Of a DNA stretch of 64,000 bases, positions 1 through 8,161 are shown one piece after another. Under the pieces are notes generated by a model. It had not been told where the DNA came from. It did no database searches and saw only the letters and a list, made by a program, of their open reading frames with translations. How positions within the stretch are numbered: position 1 is the first letter of the stretch; each line of letters opens with the position of its first letter. The DNA is from Gemmatimonadota bacterium (lineage in GTDB: Bacteria > Gemmatimonadota > Gemmatimonadetes > Gemmatimonadales > GWC2-71-9), in assembly GCA_009692185.1 (NCBI GenBank), contig SHZT01000001.1, forward strand, positions 205,247 through 269,246, in the 5' to 3' direction. A program made the position numbers and the translations under genes.

Positions 1-1
1 G

Positions 2-1081
2 TTCATGGGCGTCCGGGCCATGGGCGACAGCGTGCGCGTGTTTGCCACCGCGATTCCCCTCACGATCGTCACCGGTTGGAGCATACCGACCTCGGTCCTG
101 ATCCTGGGCGTCTTCACAGTGATCTACACCTGGGCCGGCGGCCTCAAGGCGGTCGTGTGGGTGGATGTCATGCAGCTGGGCGTGTACGTGATGGGCGGCA
201 TCACGGCGCTCTACGTCGCGGTCTGGCTCGCGGGCGGCGCGGACGTCGTGTGGGCGCACGCCACCACCGGCAACAAGCTCCGCGTGTTCGATTTCTCGTT
301 CTCCTTCTCGCAGACTTACACGTTCTGGGGTGGCCTGCTGGGCGGCGCCATGCTTTCGGCCGCCTCTCACGGCACCGACCACCTGATCGTCCAGCGCCTG
401 CTCGCATCCCGCGGGCTCCGCGACGCCAGGAAGGCGTTGTTGTGGTCGGGCATCGTCGTGCTTTTCCAGTTCGCCTTGTTCCTGCTCATTGGTATCGCGA
501 TATCGGCGTCCGGCCAGACCGACCCCACCATCGCGGGCGATCGCATCTTCCCCCAGTTCGTGGTGGATCACCTGCCAGCCGGCCTGGCAGGGCTGGTCGT
601 GGCCGGCATCCTCGCTGCCGCGATGAGCACCATCAGTTCGTCCCTCAATTCCCTCGCCTCGGCCACGACCCACGATTTCTACGCGCCCCTTTCAGGCCAG
701 CGCGACGAACGGCGCCTCCTGACCGTCGGCCGATGGGCGACCGCCGGGTGGGCCGTGATCCTCAGCCTCGGGGCGCTGCTGTTCCGAGGCAGCGGCCAGC
801 CGGTGGTGGAGCTGGCCTTGTCAATCGCGTCCATCACGTACGGCGGGCTGCTCGGCACCTACATCCTGGCGGGCACGGTTCCCCGGGCCCGCGGCCGGGA
901 CGCGATCCTCGCGATCGCAGTCACCGGCGTGGTCATGGCCGTCGTCGTCCTGGCCAAGCCGGGTCCGTTCGCACACCTGGCGTTCCCGTGGTACGTGCCG
1001 ATGGGTGTGGGGATTGCGCTGTTGGTGGGGTTGGTGTCTTCACTGGTCGGAACGAGGGAACGAGGGAACGAGGGAACGTGA
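2..1081 (+). CDS. Sodium:solute symporter (SSF) family transporter, 5' end outside window
   Basis: Frame is open from the window edge. Polytopic hydrophobic protein with SSF-like segments (YTWAGGLKAVVWVDVMQ, HGTDHLIVQRLLASR). The last codons are encoded by an AACGAGGG tandem repeat. Confidence 0.8.
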   Translation, partial: FMGVRAMGDSVRVFATAIPLTIVTGWSIPTSVLILGVFTVIYTWAGGLKAVVWVDVMQLGVYVMGGITALYVAVWLAGGADVVWAHATTGNKLRVFDFSFSFSQTYTFWGGLLGGAMLSAASHGTDHLIVQRLLASRGLRDARKALLWSGIVVLFQFALFLLIGIAISASGQTDPTIAGDRIFPQFVVDHLPAGLAGLVVAGILAAAMSTISSSLNSLASATTHDFYAPLSGQRDERRLLTVGRWATAGWAVILSLGALLFRGSGQPVVELALSIASITYGGLLGTYILAGTVPRARGRDAILAIAVTGVVMAVVVLAKPGPFAHLAFPWYVPMGVGIALLVGLVSSLVGTRERGNEGT

Positions 1082-1122
1082 CGACCAAAGCGCGCGCTCG
1101 TTCCCCCGCCTTCCTCGGCATC
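1049..1122. repeat. Tandem octamer (AACGAGGG x3.4) with an inverted partner, on the symporter/kinase junction
   Basis: GGAACGAGGGAACGAGGGAACGAGGGAACG at 1049-1078; complementary CTCGTTCCC at about 1097-1106. Confidence 0.8.
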
Positions 1123-2004
1123 GACGCCGGGGGCTCGCACACCGAGGCCGTCATCACCGACCGCGACGGCGCCGTCCTCTCCCGCGTTCGTGGTGGTCCG
1201 GGAGCGGTCACGCTGGACAACATCGCCCGCATTTCCAAGACCATCGCCGGGGTCGCGAAGGACGCCGCCCGGGAGGCCGGCATCAAGTTGCCCGCGGTTG
1301 CGCTGGTCGTCGGCGCCGCGGGCGCCGGGCGCGAGCAAGTGCGTGCAGGGTTGGAGCGTACGCTCAAGGCGCTCAAGGTGGCCCGCCGCACGCGCGTCAC
1401 GACGGACGGGGAGATCGCCCTGGCGGGCGCATTCCCGTCCGGACCGGGCATCGTCCTGATTTCGGGCACTGGTTCAATCGCTTACGGCCGTGATGCAACG
1501 GGAACGGTTCGCCGCGCGGGCGGGCTCGGGTGGCAACTGGGTGACGAGGGCGGCGGCTATGCAATGGGCCGCATGGCGCTGGCGGCCGTGGGCCGGGCGC
1601 TGGATGGCCGCGGCATTCGCACCGCGCTCAGCGAGGAACTGCTCCGAACCACCGGTGCCGCCGACCTCGATGCGCTGGTTGCGTGGGCGCAGACGGCAGA
1701 CCGCGCGGCCGTGGCGGCGCTCGCCCGCCCCGCGAGCGCCGCCGCGGAGCGGGGAGACCCGATCGCGCGGCAGTTGGTGAACGCCACAGCGGCCGACCTG
1801 GTTGCTCTCGTGGTGGGGCTGCTCCGGCAGTTTCCCTCGGGCGCCCCCGGCCAGCTCGCGCTCGCCGGGTCATTGCTCGGAGACGGCTCACCGGTCCGCG
1901 TGAGCCTGGTGTCGTCCATCAACCGGGCGGCACCGCATCTCCGGATTGAGACCAACCCGCCGGACCCCGCCCTCGGCGCCGCGAGGCTCGCGACCCAGGC
2001 ATGA
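1078..2004 (+). CDS. BadF/BadG/BcrA/BcrD-type ATPase, N-acetylglucosamine kinase-like
   Basis: GTG start overlaps the symporter stop. Motifs FLGIDAGGSHT, ISGTGSIAYG and GWQLGDEGGGYAMG are typical of the GlcNAc kinase family. The upstream part of ORF 76..2004 is an Arg/Pro-rich alternate frame. Confidence 0.75.
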   Translation: MTTKARARSPAFLGIDAGGSHTEAVITDRDGAVLSRVRGGPGAVTLDNIARISKTIAGVAKDAAREAGIKLPAVALVVGAAGAGREQVRAGLERTLKALKVARRTRVTTDGEIALAGAFPSGPGIVLISGTGSIAYGRDATGTVRRAGGLGWQLGDEGGGYAMGRMALAAVGRALDGRGIRTALSEELLRTTGAADLDALVAWAQTADRAAVAALARPASAAAERGDPIARQLVNATAADLVALVVGLLRQFPSGAPGQLALAGSLLGDGSPVRVSLVSSINRAAPHLRIETNPPDPALGAARLATQA

Positions 2005-3233
2005 CGGGGAAAGCGTCGTCCTTCCCCGCCCTCCAGCACCGTGACTTCCGGCTGCTCTGGGTCGGGATGCTCATTTCGTTCTCCGGCTCCGTCATGCAGT
2101 CAGCCGCGATCCTCTGGCACGTGTCATTGATGGTGCCGGCCGACCGGAAGGGGCTGGCGCTGGGAATGGTCGGCCTGGTGAAGGTGGTGCCGATCGTCGG
2201 GTTCTCGATTCTCTCCGGCGTCGTCGCCGACGCGGTGGACCGCCGGAAGGTGATGCTGGTCTCCCAGGTCCTGCTCGCGATCGTCGCAGCGGTTCTCGGT
2301 ATCCTCACGTTCTCCGGGCTCACGGCCGTCTGGCCGCTCTACCTGTTGGCGGCCCTCGTTTCGGCGGTCGCCGCGTTCGAGGGGCCGGCGCGCCAGGCGC
2401 TGGTGCCCAACATGGTGCCGCGAGAACATCTCTCGAACGCCATCAGCCTCAACACGATCATGTTCCAGGCGTCGTCCATCGTGGGGCCGTCGCTGGCGGG
2501 CATCGTCATCGCGACGCTGGGCATCGCCTGGGTGTACGTGATCAACGCGGTGTCGTTTGTGGCCGTAATGGCGGCGCTCCTTGCCATGAAGAGCCGCCCG
2601 CGGGCCGATGCCACCCGGGCAAGCACGATCAGCCTGGCGGCGGCGCGCGAGGGCATGCGGTTCGTGTTCGCCTCACCCATGATCCGCTCCACCATGCTGC
2701 TCGACTTCTTCGCGACGTTCTTCGCGTCCGCACAGGCACTTCTGCCGATCTATGCGCAGGACATCCTGAAGGTGGGGCCCAGAGGGTACGGCTGGCTCTA
2801 CGCGGCACCTTCCATCGGCGCGGGAGTGGCAAGCCTGGTCATGGTCCGGCAAATCGAGCGTATCGAGCGGCGCGGCGTGGTCCTGCTGTGGGCCGTGGTG
2901 GGATTCGGACTCGCGACGGTGGGTTTCGGATTCTCCCGCACGTTCTGGGTGACGCTGGCGTGCCTGGCCATCACGGGAGCCGCGGACACCGTGAGCATGG
3001 TGATCCGCAACATCGTCCGTCAGCTGGAAACACCGGACGAACTCCGCGGGCGCATGACCGGGGTCAACATGGTGTTCTTCATGGGCGGGCCCCAGCTCGG
3101 CGAGCTGGAAGCCGGCATGGTGGCACAATGGCTTGGGGCGACCGTGTCGGTGGTGACCGGCGGGATCGGGTGCCTGCTGGCAACCGCCTGGATTGCGGCG
3201 AGCACGCCGCAACTGCGGAGGTACCGACGCTAA
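2001..3233 (+). CDS. MFS transporter (EntS/MFS_3-like)
   Basis: ATGA overlap with the upstream gene. N-terminus FPALQHRDFRLLWVGMLISFSGSVMQ, about 12 TM segments. Confidence 0.8.
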   Translation: MTGKASSFPALQHRDFRLLWVGMLISFSGSVMQSAAILWHVSLMVPADRKGLALGMVGLVKVVPIVGFSILSGVVADAVDRRKVMLVSQVLLAIVAAVLGILTFSGLTAVWPLYLLAALVSAVAAFEGPARQALVPNMVPREHLSNAISLNTIMFQASSIVGPSLAGIVIATLGIAWVYVINAVSFVAVMAALLAMKSRPRADATRASTISLAAAREGMRFVFASPMIRSTMLLDFFATFFASAQALLPIYAQDILKVGPRGYGWLYAAPSIGAGVASLVMVRQIERIERRGVVLLWAVVGFGLATVGFGFSRTFWVTLACLAITGAADTVSMVIRNIVRQLETPDELRGRMTGVNMVFFMGGPQLGELEAGMVAQWLGATVSVVTGGIGCLLATAWIAASTPQLRRYRR

Positions 3234-3240
3234 CGGCCGA

Positions 3241-4797
3241 CTAGGCCTTCGCAGCCCGCAGCTTGCTGTGCCGGTAGCCGTACGCGAAGTAGACCACGAG
3301 TCCAATCGCCAGCCACACCCCGAAACGAACCCAGGTCACGAACGGCAACTGCACCATCAGGAACAGGCACGACACGATGGACAGGAGCGGAATGAGCGGC
3401 ACCCACGGTGCCCGGAACGGCCGCGCCCGGTCTGGGTCCTTGGCGCGCAGGATAAGGACGCCTGCCGCCACCAGCACGAATGCGAATAGCGTGCCGATGT
3501 TGGTGAGGTTGACCACCTCATCGATATTCGCGAACGCGGCAAAGATGGCGACGAGGACACCGGTGAGGATCGTGGTGACGTGCGGTGTACGAAACCGTGG
3601 ATGCACCCGCGCCGCCCACGGCGGCAGGAGGCCGTCGCGCGCCATGGAGAAGAAGATGCGCGGCTGGCCCAATTGGAATACCAGCAACACGGTTGTCATC
3701 GCCAGGACCGCGCCGAACGCCACGATGATCCGCGAGACGGCCAGCAGGGTGGGGTTTCCGCTGGCAAGATTCAGCGCCGTGAGGATAGGCTCCGCCGTGC
3801 CCAGCTGGCGCCAGTCGGTCATGCCGGTCATGACGACCGCCACCAGGATGAAGATGACGGTGCACACCACCAAGCTCATGATGATGCCGAATGGCATGTC
3901 GCGGCCGGGGTCCTTGGCCTCCTCGGCGGCAGTGGACACGGCGTCAAACCCGATGTACGAGAAGAAAATGATGGCTGCGGCAGCCTTGATCCCCGCGAAA
4001 CCGTTGGGGGCAAATCCGCCGAACTCGGTGTAGTTCGGAGGGTGAATCAGGGTGGCGCCTACCACGATGAAGAACAGCAAGATCGCCACCTTGAGCACGA
4101 CCATGATCGAGTTGGAAAACGCCGACTCCCGGATGCCGTAGACCAGGAGCACGGTGATGGCGAGCACGATAAGGACAGCCGGAATATTGAGGATGATGGG
4201 CAGGCCCGCGATATGCGGCGCCGAGGTGACGGCGCTGGCCAGGTCGAGTGTGCGAGCGTCCGTCGCCCCTGCGCCGGCCGCTGCCACAGCCTGAAACGCC
4301 GTCCGGTAGTCGGTCGTGAGCCACGCGGGAATGTGGATGCCCACGTCGGCCATGAGCTCGCGGAAATACCCCGCCCAGGAGATCGCCACGGCAATGTTGC
4401 CCACGGCGTACTCGATTATCAGGTCCCAGCCGATAATCCAGGCCACCAGCTCTCCAAACGATGCGTAGGCATAGGTGTACGCCGACCCGGAAATCGGCAC
4501 CATCGCGGCGAACTCCGCATAACACAGGGCCGCGAAACCGCAGGTGACCGCCGTGAGGACGAAGGACAGGACGATGGCGGGTCCCGCCCCGAGCCGGACA
4601 CCGGCCTCGCCCGCAATCGCCGTGCCCGTCGTCGCGAAGATACCGGCACCGATAATGCCACCGACGCCCAGCGCGGTGAGGTGCCACTTGCCCAGGACGC
4701 GCCGAAGGCCGCCCGTTGCGGTGTCCACCTCGGCTGTGAGCTGTCCTATGGTCTTTCGAGCAAAGAGCTGGGACACGAAACCTCCCGAAGTCGGCAC
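3241..4797 (-). CDS. APC-family amino acid permease (cationic amino acid transporter-like)
   Basis: 518 aa polytopic protein with a typical APC N-terminus (LRRVLGKWHLTALGVGGIIGAGIF) and the FSYIGFDAVSTAAEEAKDP segment. Confidence 0.85.
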   Translation of the reverse strand: MPTSGGFVSQLFARKTIGQLTAEVDTATGGLRRVLGKWHLTALGVGGIIGAGIFATTGTAIAGEAGVRLGAGPAIVLSFVLTAVTCGFAALCYAEFAAMVPISGSAYTYAYASFGELVAWIIGWDLIIEYAVGNIAVAISWAGYFRELMADVGIHIPAWLTTDYRTAFQAVAAAGAGATDARTLDLASAVTSAPHIAGLPIILNIPAVLIVLAITVLLVYGIRESAFSNSIMVVLKVAILLFFIVVGATLIHPPNYTEFGGFAPNGFAGIKAAAAIIFFSYIGFDAVSTAAEEAKDPGRDMPFGIIMSLVVCTVIFILVAVVMTGMTDWRQLGTAEPILTALNLASGNPTLLAVSRIIVAFGAVLAMTTVLLVFQLGQPRIFFSMARDGLLPPWAARVHPRFRTPHVTTILTGVLVAIFAAFANIDEVVNLTNIGTLFAFVLVAAGVLILRAKDPDRARPFRAPWVPLIPLLSIVSCLFLMVQLPFVTWVRFGVWLAIGLVVYFAYGYRHSKLRAAKA

Positions 4798-5519
4798 TAC
4801 AGCGTGATCGTGATCGTCGTCTCGCCATCGACCCGCGTGCCGTCGAGCTTGCGGGCCGGTTCGAACTCGTACTTGCGCAGCAGGGCCACGAACTGCGCGC
4901 GGTACGCCGCGTCCTTGATTTCCGGATCGACCTTCACGCGGGTGACCCGTCCCTGCGCATCTACCCAGAAGTGCACCTGGAGCGACCGGCCCTTGAGCGC
5001 ATTCGGCCGGGGGAGCGGAAGAATGGTGTACTTGACCTGCGGCGGGAAGGTGTCGCCGCCCTCCCCGCCCGTACCGGGCCCGCTATCCCGCCCGATTCCC
5101 GGTCCCTGCCCGCCCCCGGCGCCTCCACCCGACCCGATGACCCCGGCCGCCGCCGGTACGCCGGCCTGGGCCGCCAACGCCTCGGCGAGGGGCATGTCCA
5201 GCTTGCGAATGGTGAGCACCGGATCGGGCGGCGGCACAACCACGGGCTCGGGAGGCGGCTTCGCTGCCTGAAGGGCGGGCTGCGCCGCGGCGGCCGGCGG
5301 GGCCGCATCCAGCGTGATGTACCGGACGCCACCCCCACCGCCGCGTTCACCGGCCAGCCCCGGGCGCTTCGTGTCTGCCGGGTCGCTCTCGGGCCTGGAC
5401 TGGAGGTAGATGATGAACAGGACCACGAGCCCGTGGGCCAACACCGAGCCCAGGACCGACCATGTGTTGCGCTGGTCGGCCTGCGGGAGACGCAGGTTGG
5501 GGAGGCGATGGGGGGCCAT
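4797..5519 (-). CDS. TonB-family protein (second copy)
   Basis: One N-terminal TM, a Pro/Gly-rich spacer, and a C-terminal TonB-like domain (VHFWVDAQGRVTRVKV...EFEPA). ATG 5519 preferred; the ORF extends to 5570. Confidence 0.6.
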   Translation of the reverse strand: MAPHRLPNLRLPQADQRNTWSVLGSVLAHGLVVLFIIYLQSRPESDPADTKRPGLAGERGGGGGVRYITLDAAPPAAAAQPALQAAKPPPEPVVVPPPDPVLTIRKLDMPLAEALAAQAGVPAAAGVIGSGGGAGGGQGPGIGRDSGPGTGGEGGDTFPPQVKYTILPLPRPNALKGRSLQVHFWVDAQGRVTRVKVDPEIKDAAYRAQFVALLRKYEFEPARKLDGTRVDGETTITITL

Positions 5520-5609
5520 GGCCTTCAATAATACACGTCGGGCGCGAGAGCTTTTCCCCCCCGCGCCCAAATCGTTTCCCCACCCCGGGCTGACGCCCGG
5601 GGGTAGTGC

Positions 5610-6044
5610 CTAGTTCTTCTTGGCCGCGGCCTCGTCCGGCGGTGGCACAAACCCGATCACCTGTACGCCCGCGCCCCGCGCGATGTCCATGGCCACAATG
5701 ACGTCCTGGTATTTCCGCTTCCCGGCCACCTTCACGAACATGAGCTTCGCCGGCCGCTCGTCGTAGATCTTGTGGAGCTCGACATCCAGGGCACCGATCG
5801 CCACCGGCTTGGTGTTGATGGCATAGCCGCCGTTCTCGAGCAGCTCCAGCACGATCTGGTCGCTCTTCTCGTTCTGCTTTTTCTTGGTCTTTTCTTCCGC
5901 CGGCACCTGCACGTCCATCGCCATGCGGTTCATCGGAATCTGCATCATGAAAATGATGAGCAATACCAGCAGCACGTCGATCATCGGGACGACGTTCGGG
6001 TCTGACTTGAATGACGCCGTGTCGTCAGGAAGTTTGATTGACAT
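5610..6044 (-). CDS. exbD: ExbD/TolR biopolymer transport protein
   Basis: NVVPMIDVLLVLLIIFMM N-terminal TM signature; 144 aa. Confidence 0.85.
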   Translation of the reverse strand: MSIKLPDDTASFKSDPNVVPMIDVLLVLLIIFMMQIPMNRMAMDVQVPAEEKTKKKQNEKSDQIVLELLENGGYAINTKPVAIGALDVELHKIYDERPAKLMFVKVAGKRKYQDVIVAMDIARGAGVQVIGFVPPPDEAAAKKN

Positions 6045-6046
6045 GG

Positions 6047-6517
6047 TTACTTCTTCTTGAACACGGTGCGTTGTTCCCGTGTCAGCTCCGTGACCGCGGC
6101 CAGCACACGGACGCCCGCCTTCCGGGCCACTCCGATCGCTTCTTCAACCTTCGAGTACTCCAGCTGCTGGTCCGCCTTGAAGTAGAGAATCTTGTCGGTG
6201 CTGCGCGCATCGAAGATCCGCCTCAGGGTCTCTTCCAGCTGGTCCTTTTCAATTTTCCGGACCCGGGTGGTGCCGCCCGCGTCCTTGGAGCCGAGGAAGA
6301 ACGCCCCGTCCTTGTCGATGCCGAGCGTGATGTCGTTATCCTGGTCTTCCCGCTTCTCGATGTTCTTGCCCTCGGGCATCTTGGCTTCGAAGCCCGACGC
6401 GATGATGGGCGTGACCACCATGAAGATGATCAGCAGCACCAGCATCACGTCGATCATGGGCACGACGTTGGGCTCGAACTTGATTCCGCCCTTGCCGCCC
6501 CCGACATCCATTCCCAT
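6047..6517 (-). CDS. exbD: ExbD/TolR biopolymer transport protein (paralogue)
   Basis: NVVPMIDVMLVLLIIFMV signature; 156 aa. Confidence 0.85.
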   Translation of the reverse strand: MGMDVGGGKGGIKFEPNVVPMIDVMLVLLIIFMVVTPIIASGFEAKMPEGKNIEKREDQDNDITLGIDKDGAFFLGSKDAGGTTRVRKIEKDQLEETLRRIFDARSTDKILYFKADQQLEYSKVEEAIGVARKAGVRVLAAVTELTREQRTVFKKK

Positions 6518-6540
6518 AGGTGACTCCTTCCTTCAGGAAA

Positions 6541-7287
6541 TCAGGCTCCGGTGGAGTGCCCCGACTGCGTGGCCTTCTGGGCCTGGAATTCCTTCGTGAA
6601 GATCGACCGGCCGAGCTCGGCGCCGACGTTCTTGATCAGGAAGTCGATGAACTCCTTCGACGTGTACATCATTTCGACCGTGAGGTTTTCGATCTTGGTC
6701 TGGAAGTAGTTGTAGAGCCACACCGCCGGGATCGCGACCACGAGGCCGAAGCCGGTCGTGATGAGCGCCTCGGCGATACCGGCCGAAATGCCCGCCAAGC
6801 CGCCGGCGCCGCCGGCCGCCATGCCCATGAAGGAGTTGACGATGCCCGCGACCGTGCCGAGCAAGCCCACGAACGGCGCCGTGGCACCGACCGTCGCGAT
6901 GACACCCAGTCCGCGCTTGAGCTCGGACAGCAGGATCAGCATTTGCCGTTCGACCGCGCGCTCGGCCGAGTTGATATCGCCGGCGCCGACCGCAGCCTTG
7001 TTCCGGATCAGCGGCTTGATTTCCGTGAGGGCCTCACCCAGCACCCGGGCCACGTGGGAGACCTTGTTCTTCTCGGCCAGCGCAATTGCCTGGTCGAGCT
7101 GGTCTTCCTGCAGGAAGCGCGCGAATTCGGGGGCGAACTTCGCGGTCTGCTTCATGGACTTCCGGATGCGCCACCACTTGGCGCCCGCGATGCCCAGCGA
7201 GTAGACCGACATGAACGCCAGCATGTACACGATTCCCCGGGCGAACCCCTGCATGGAATCCCAGAGTACCAACAGGTCCATATTCAT
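6541..7287 (-). CDS. exbB: MotA/TolQ/ExbB proton-channel protein
   Basis: Three TM segments; the conserved GLLGTVAGIVNSF and GIAEALITTGFGLVVAIP motifs. Confidence 0.9.
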   Translation of the reverse strand: MNMDLLVLWDSMQGFARGIVYMLAFMSVYSLGIAGAKWWRIRKSMKQTAKFAPEFARFLQEDQLDQAIALAEKNKVSHVARVLGEALTEIKPLIRNKAAVGAGDINSAERAVERQMLILLSELKRGLGVIATVGATAPFVGLLGTVAGIVNSFMGMAAGGAGGLAGISAGIAEALITTGFGLVVAIPAVWLYNYFQTKIENLTVEMMYTSKEFIDFLIKNVGAELGRSIFTKEFQAQKATQSGHSTGA

Positions 7288-7343
7288 GAGTCGTAGGCCT
7301 CCGTTAAGCCGTTAGAACGATTGAAAACGGGGTCGCCGCCGGA

Positions 7344-8027
7344 CTACCGGCGGATGCTGAAGTTGATCGGCACCTGCACCAGCACGCGGACGGCCTGTCC
7401 ACGTACCCGGCCGGGCCGGTAGAGACTCTTGAGCACGGCGTCACGTGCGGACAACTCGAACGCCCGGTTGCTCGACTGCACGATGCGCATCGAGGCGGGT
7501 TCCGCGTGACCGGTGGTATCGATGATGACTTCGACCAGCACCGTGCCCTCGATGCCCGCCTGCCGGAGCAGGTCCGGGTAGTCGAGCTGGACCTGCGACA
7601 TGAGCGCGGGCTTCTCGTCCACCAGGGCCTCGATGAATGCCGCCCCGGGATCGACCTTCACGTCGGTGGTCAGGTTGGAGATGCCCTTCTCGATGCCGAC
7701 GCCGCTGAACTGGCTCGGGTCCCACTTCTCGTTCAGGTTGATGGGCGGAATGTTGGTCGGGATGTTCACCGGCGCGAGCAGCGCGGTGAATCCCTTGACC
7801 TCTTCCAGCTTCACCTCGGGCTGCTCCTGCTTCTTTTCCTCTTCCTGCTGGATGAAGACCATGGTGGTGTCCAGCGAGGTTGCGGAATCCTGCGAACCCG
7901 AGCCGATCGTCGCCTGCACCGCGATGTAAATCAGCACGGAATGCATGGCAATCGAGAGCGTGGTGCCCCCTCCGAACTTGCCGCCGATCCGGGCCTTCGG
8001 GTTGGACTCGATCAGTTGGTCGAACAC
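7344..8027 (-). CDS. tonB: Energy transducer TonB
   Basis: N-terminal TM, charged EEEKKQEQPE linker, C-terminal TonB domain (YPDLLRQAGIEGTVLVEVIIDTTGH...PGRVRGQAVRVLVQVPINF). Confidence 0.8.
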   Translation of the reverse strand: MFDQLIESNPKARIGGKFGGGTTLSIAMHSVLIYIAVQATIGSGSQDSATSLDTTMVFIQQEEEKKQEQPEVKLEEVKGFTALLAPVNIPTNIPPINLNEKWDPSQFSGVGIEKGISNLTTDVKVDPGAAFIEALVDEKPALMSQVQLDYPDLLRQAGIEGTVLVEVIIDTTGHAEPASMRIVQSSNRAFELSARDAVLKSLYRPGRVRGQAVRVLVQVPINFSIRR

Positions 8028-8116
8028 GCTGGTGCCTCCCCTGACGGTACGGGCATGAATCTATGCATCAGTGCATGTCCCACTAGCCCCCGGAATCTCG
8101 CACCCGTGGGACTCAC

Positions 8117-8145
8117 ATTACAGAATGCTAACAATCGAATGACAA
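8117..8145 (-). promoter_or_regulatory. Putative sigma70-type promoter for the tonB-exbB-exbD operon
   Basis: On the minus strand: TTGTCA, 17 nt, TGTAAT, inside a locally AT-richer intergenic stretch between the kinase stop and the tonB start. Confidence 0.3.
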
Positions 8146-8161
8146 GTCCCGGGGCGGGCGC

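Noticed and set aside
76-1077. First ~334 codons of the 642-aa ORF 76..2004
   Set aside because: Arg/Pro/Gly-rich nonsense in an alternate frame of the symporter gene. The real gene starts at GTG 1078, where the kinase motifs begin.
3580-5271. 563-aa plus-strand ORF antisense to the amino acid permease and TonB-like genes. Similar long antisense or alternate-frame ORFs occur at 17726..19084, 23537..25126, 30842..33175, 43661..45577, 53768..55039 and 55187..56695.
   Set aside because: Typical high-GC shadow ORFs with extreme Arg/Gly/Pro/Asp composition and no motifs. Each overlaps a gene with strong family signatures.
8064-8084. Short palindrome ATGCA-TCAG-TGCAT upstream of tonB as a possible Fur box
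   Set aside because: The arms are only 5 bp and there is no resemblance to the GATAATGATAATCATTATC consensus, so it cannot be distinguished from chance.
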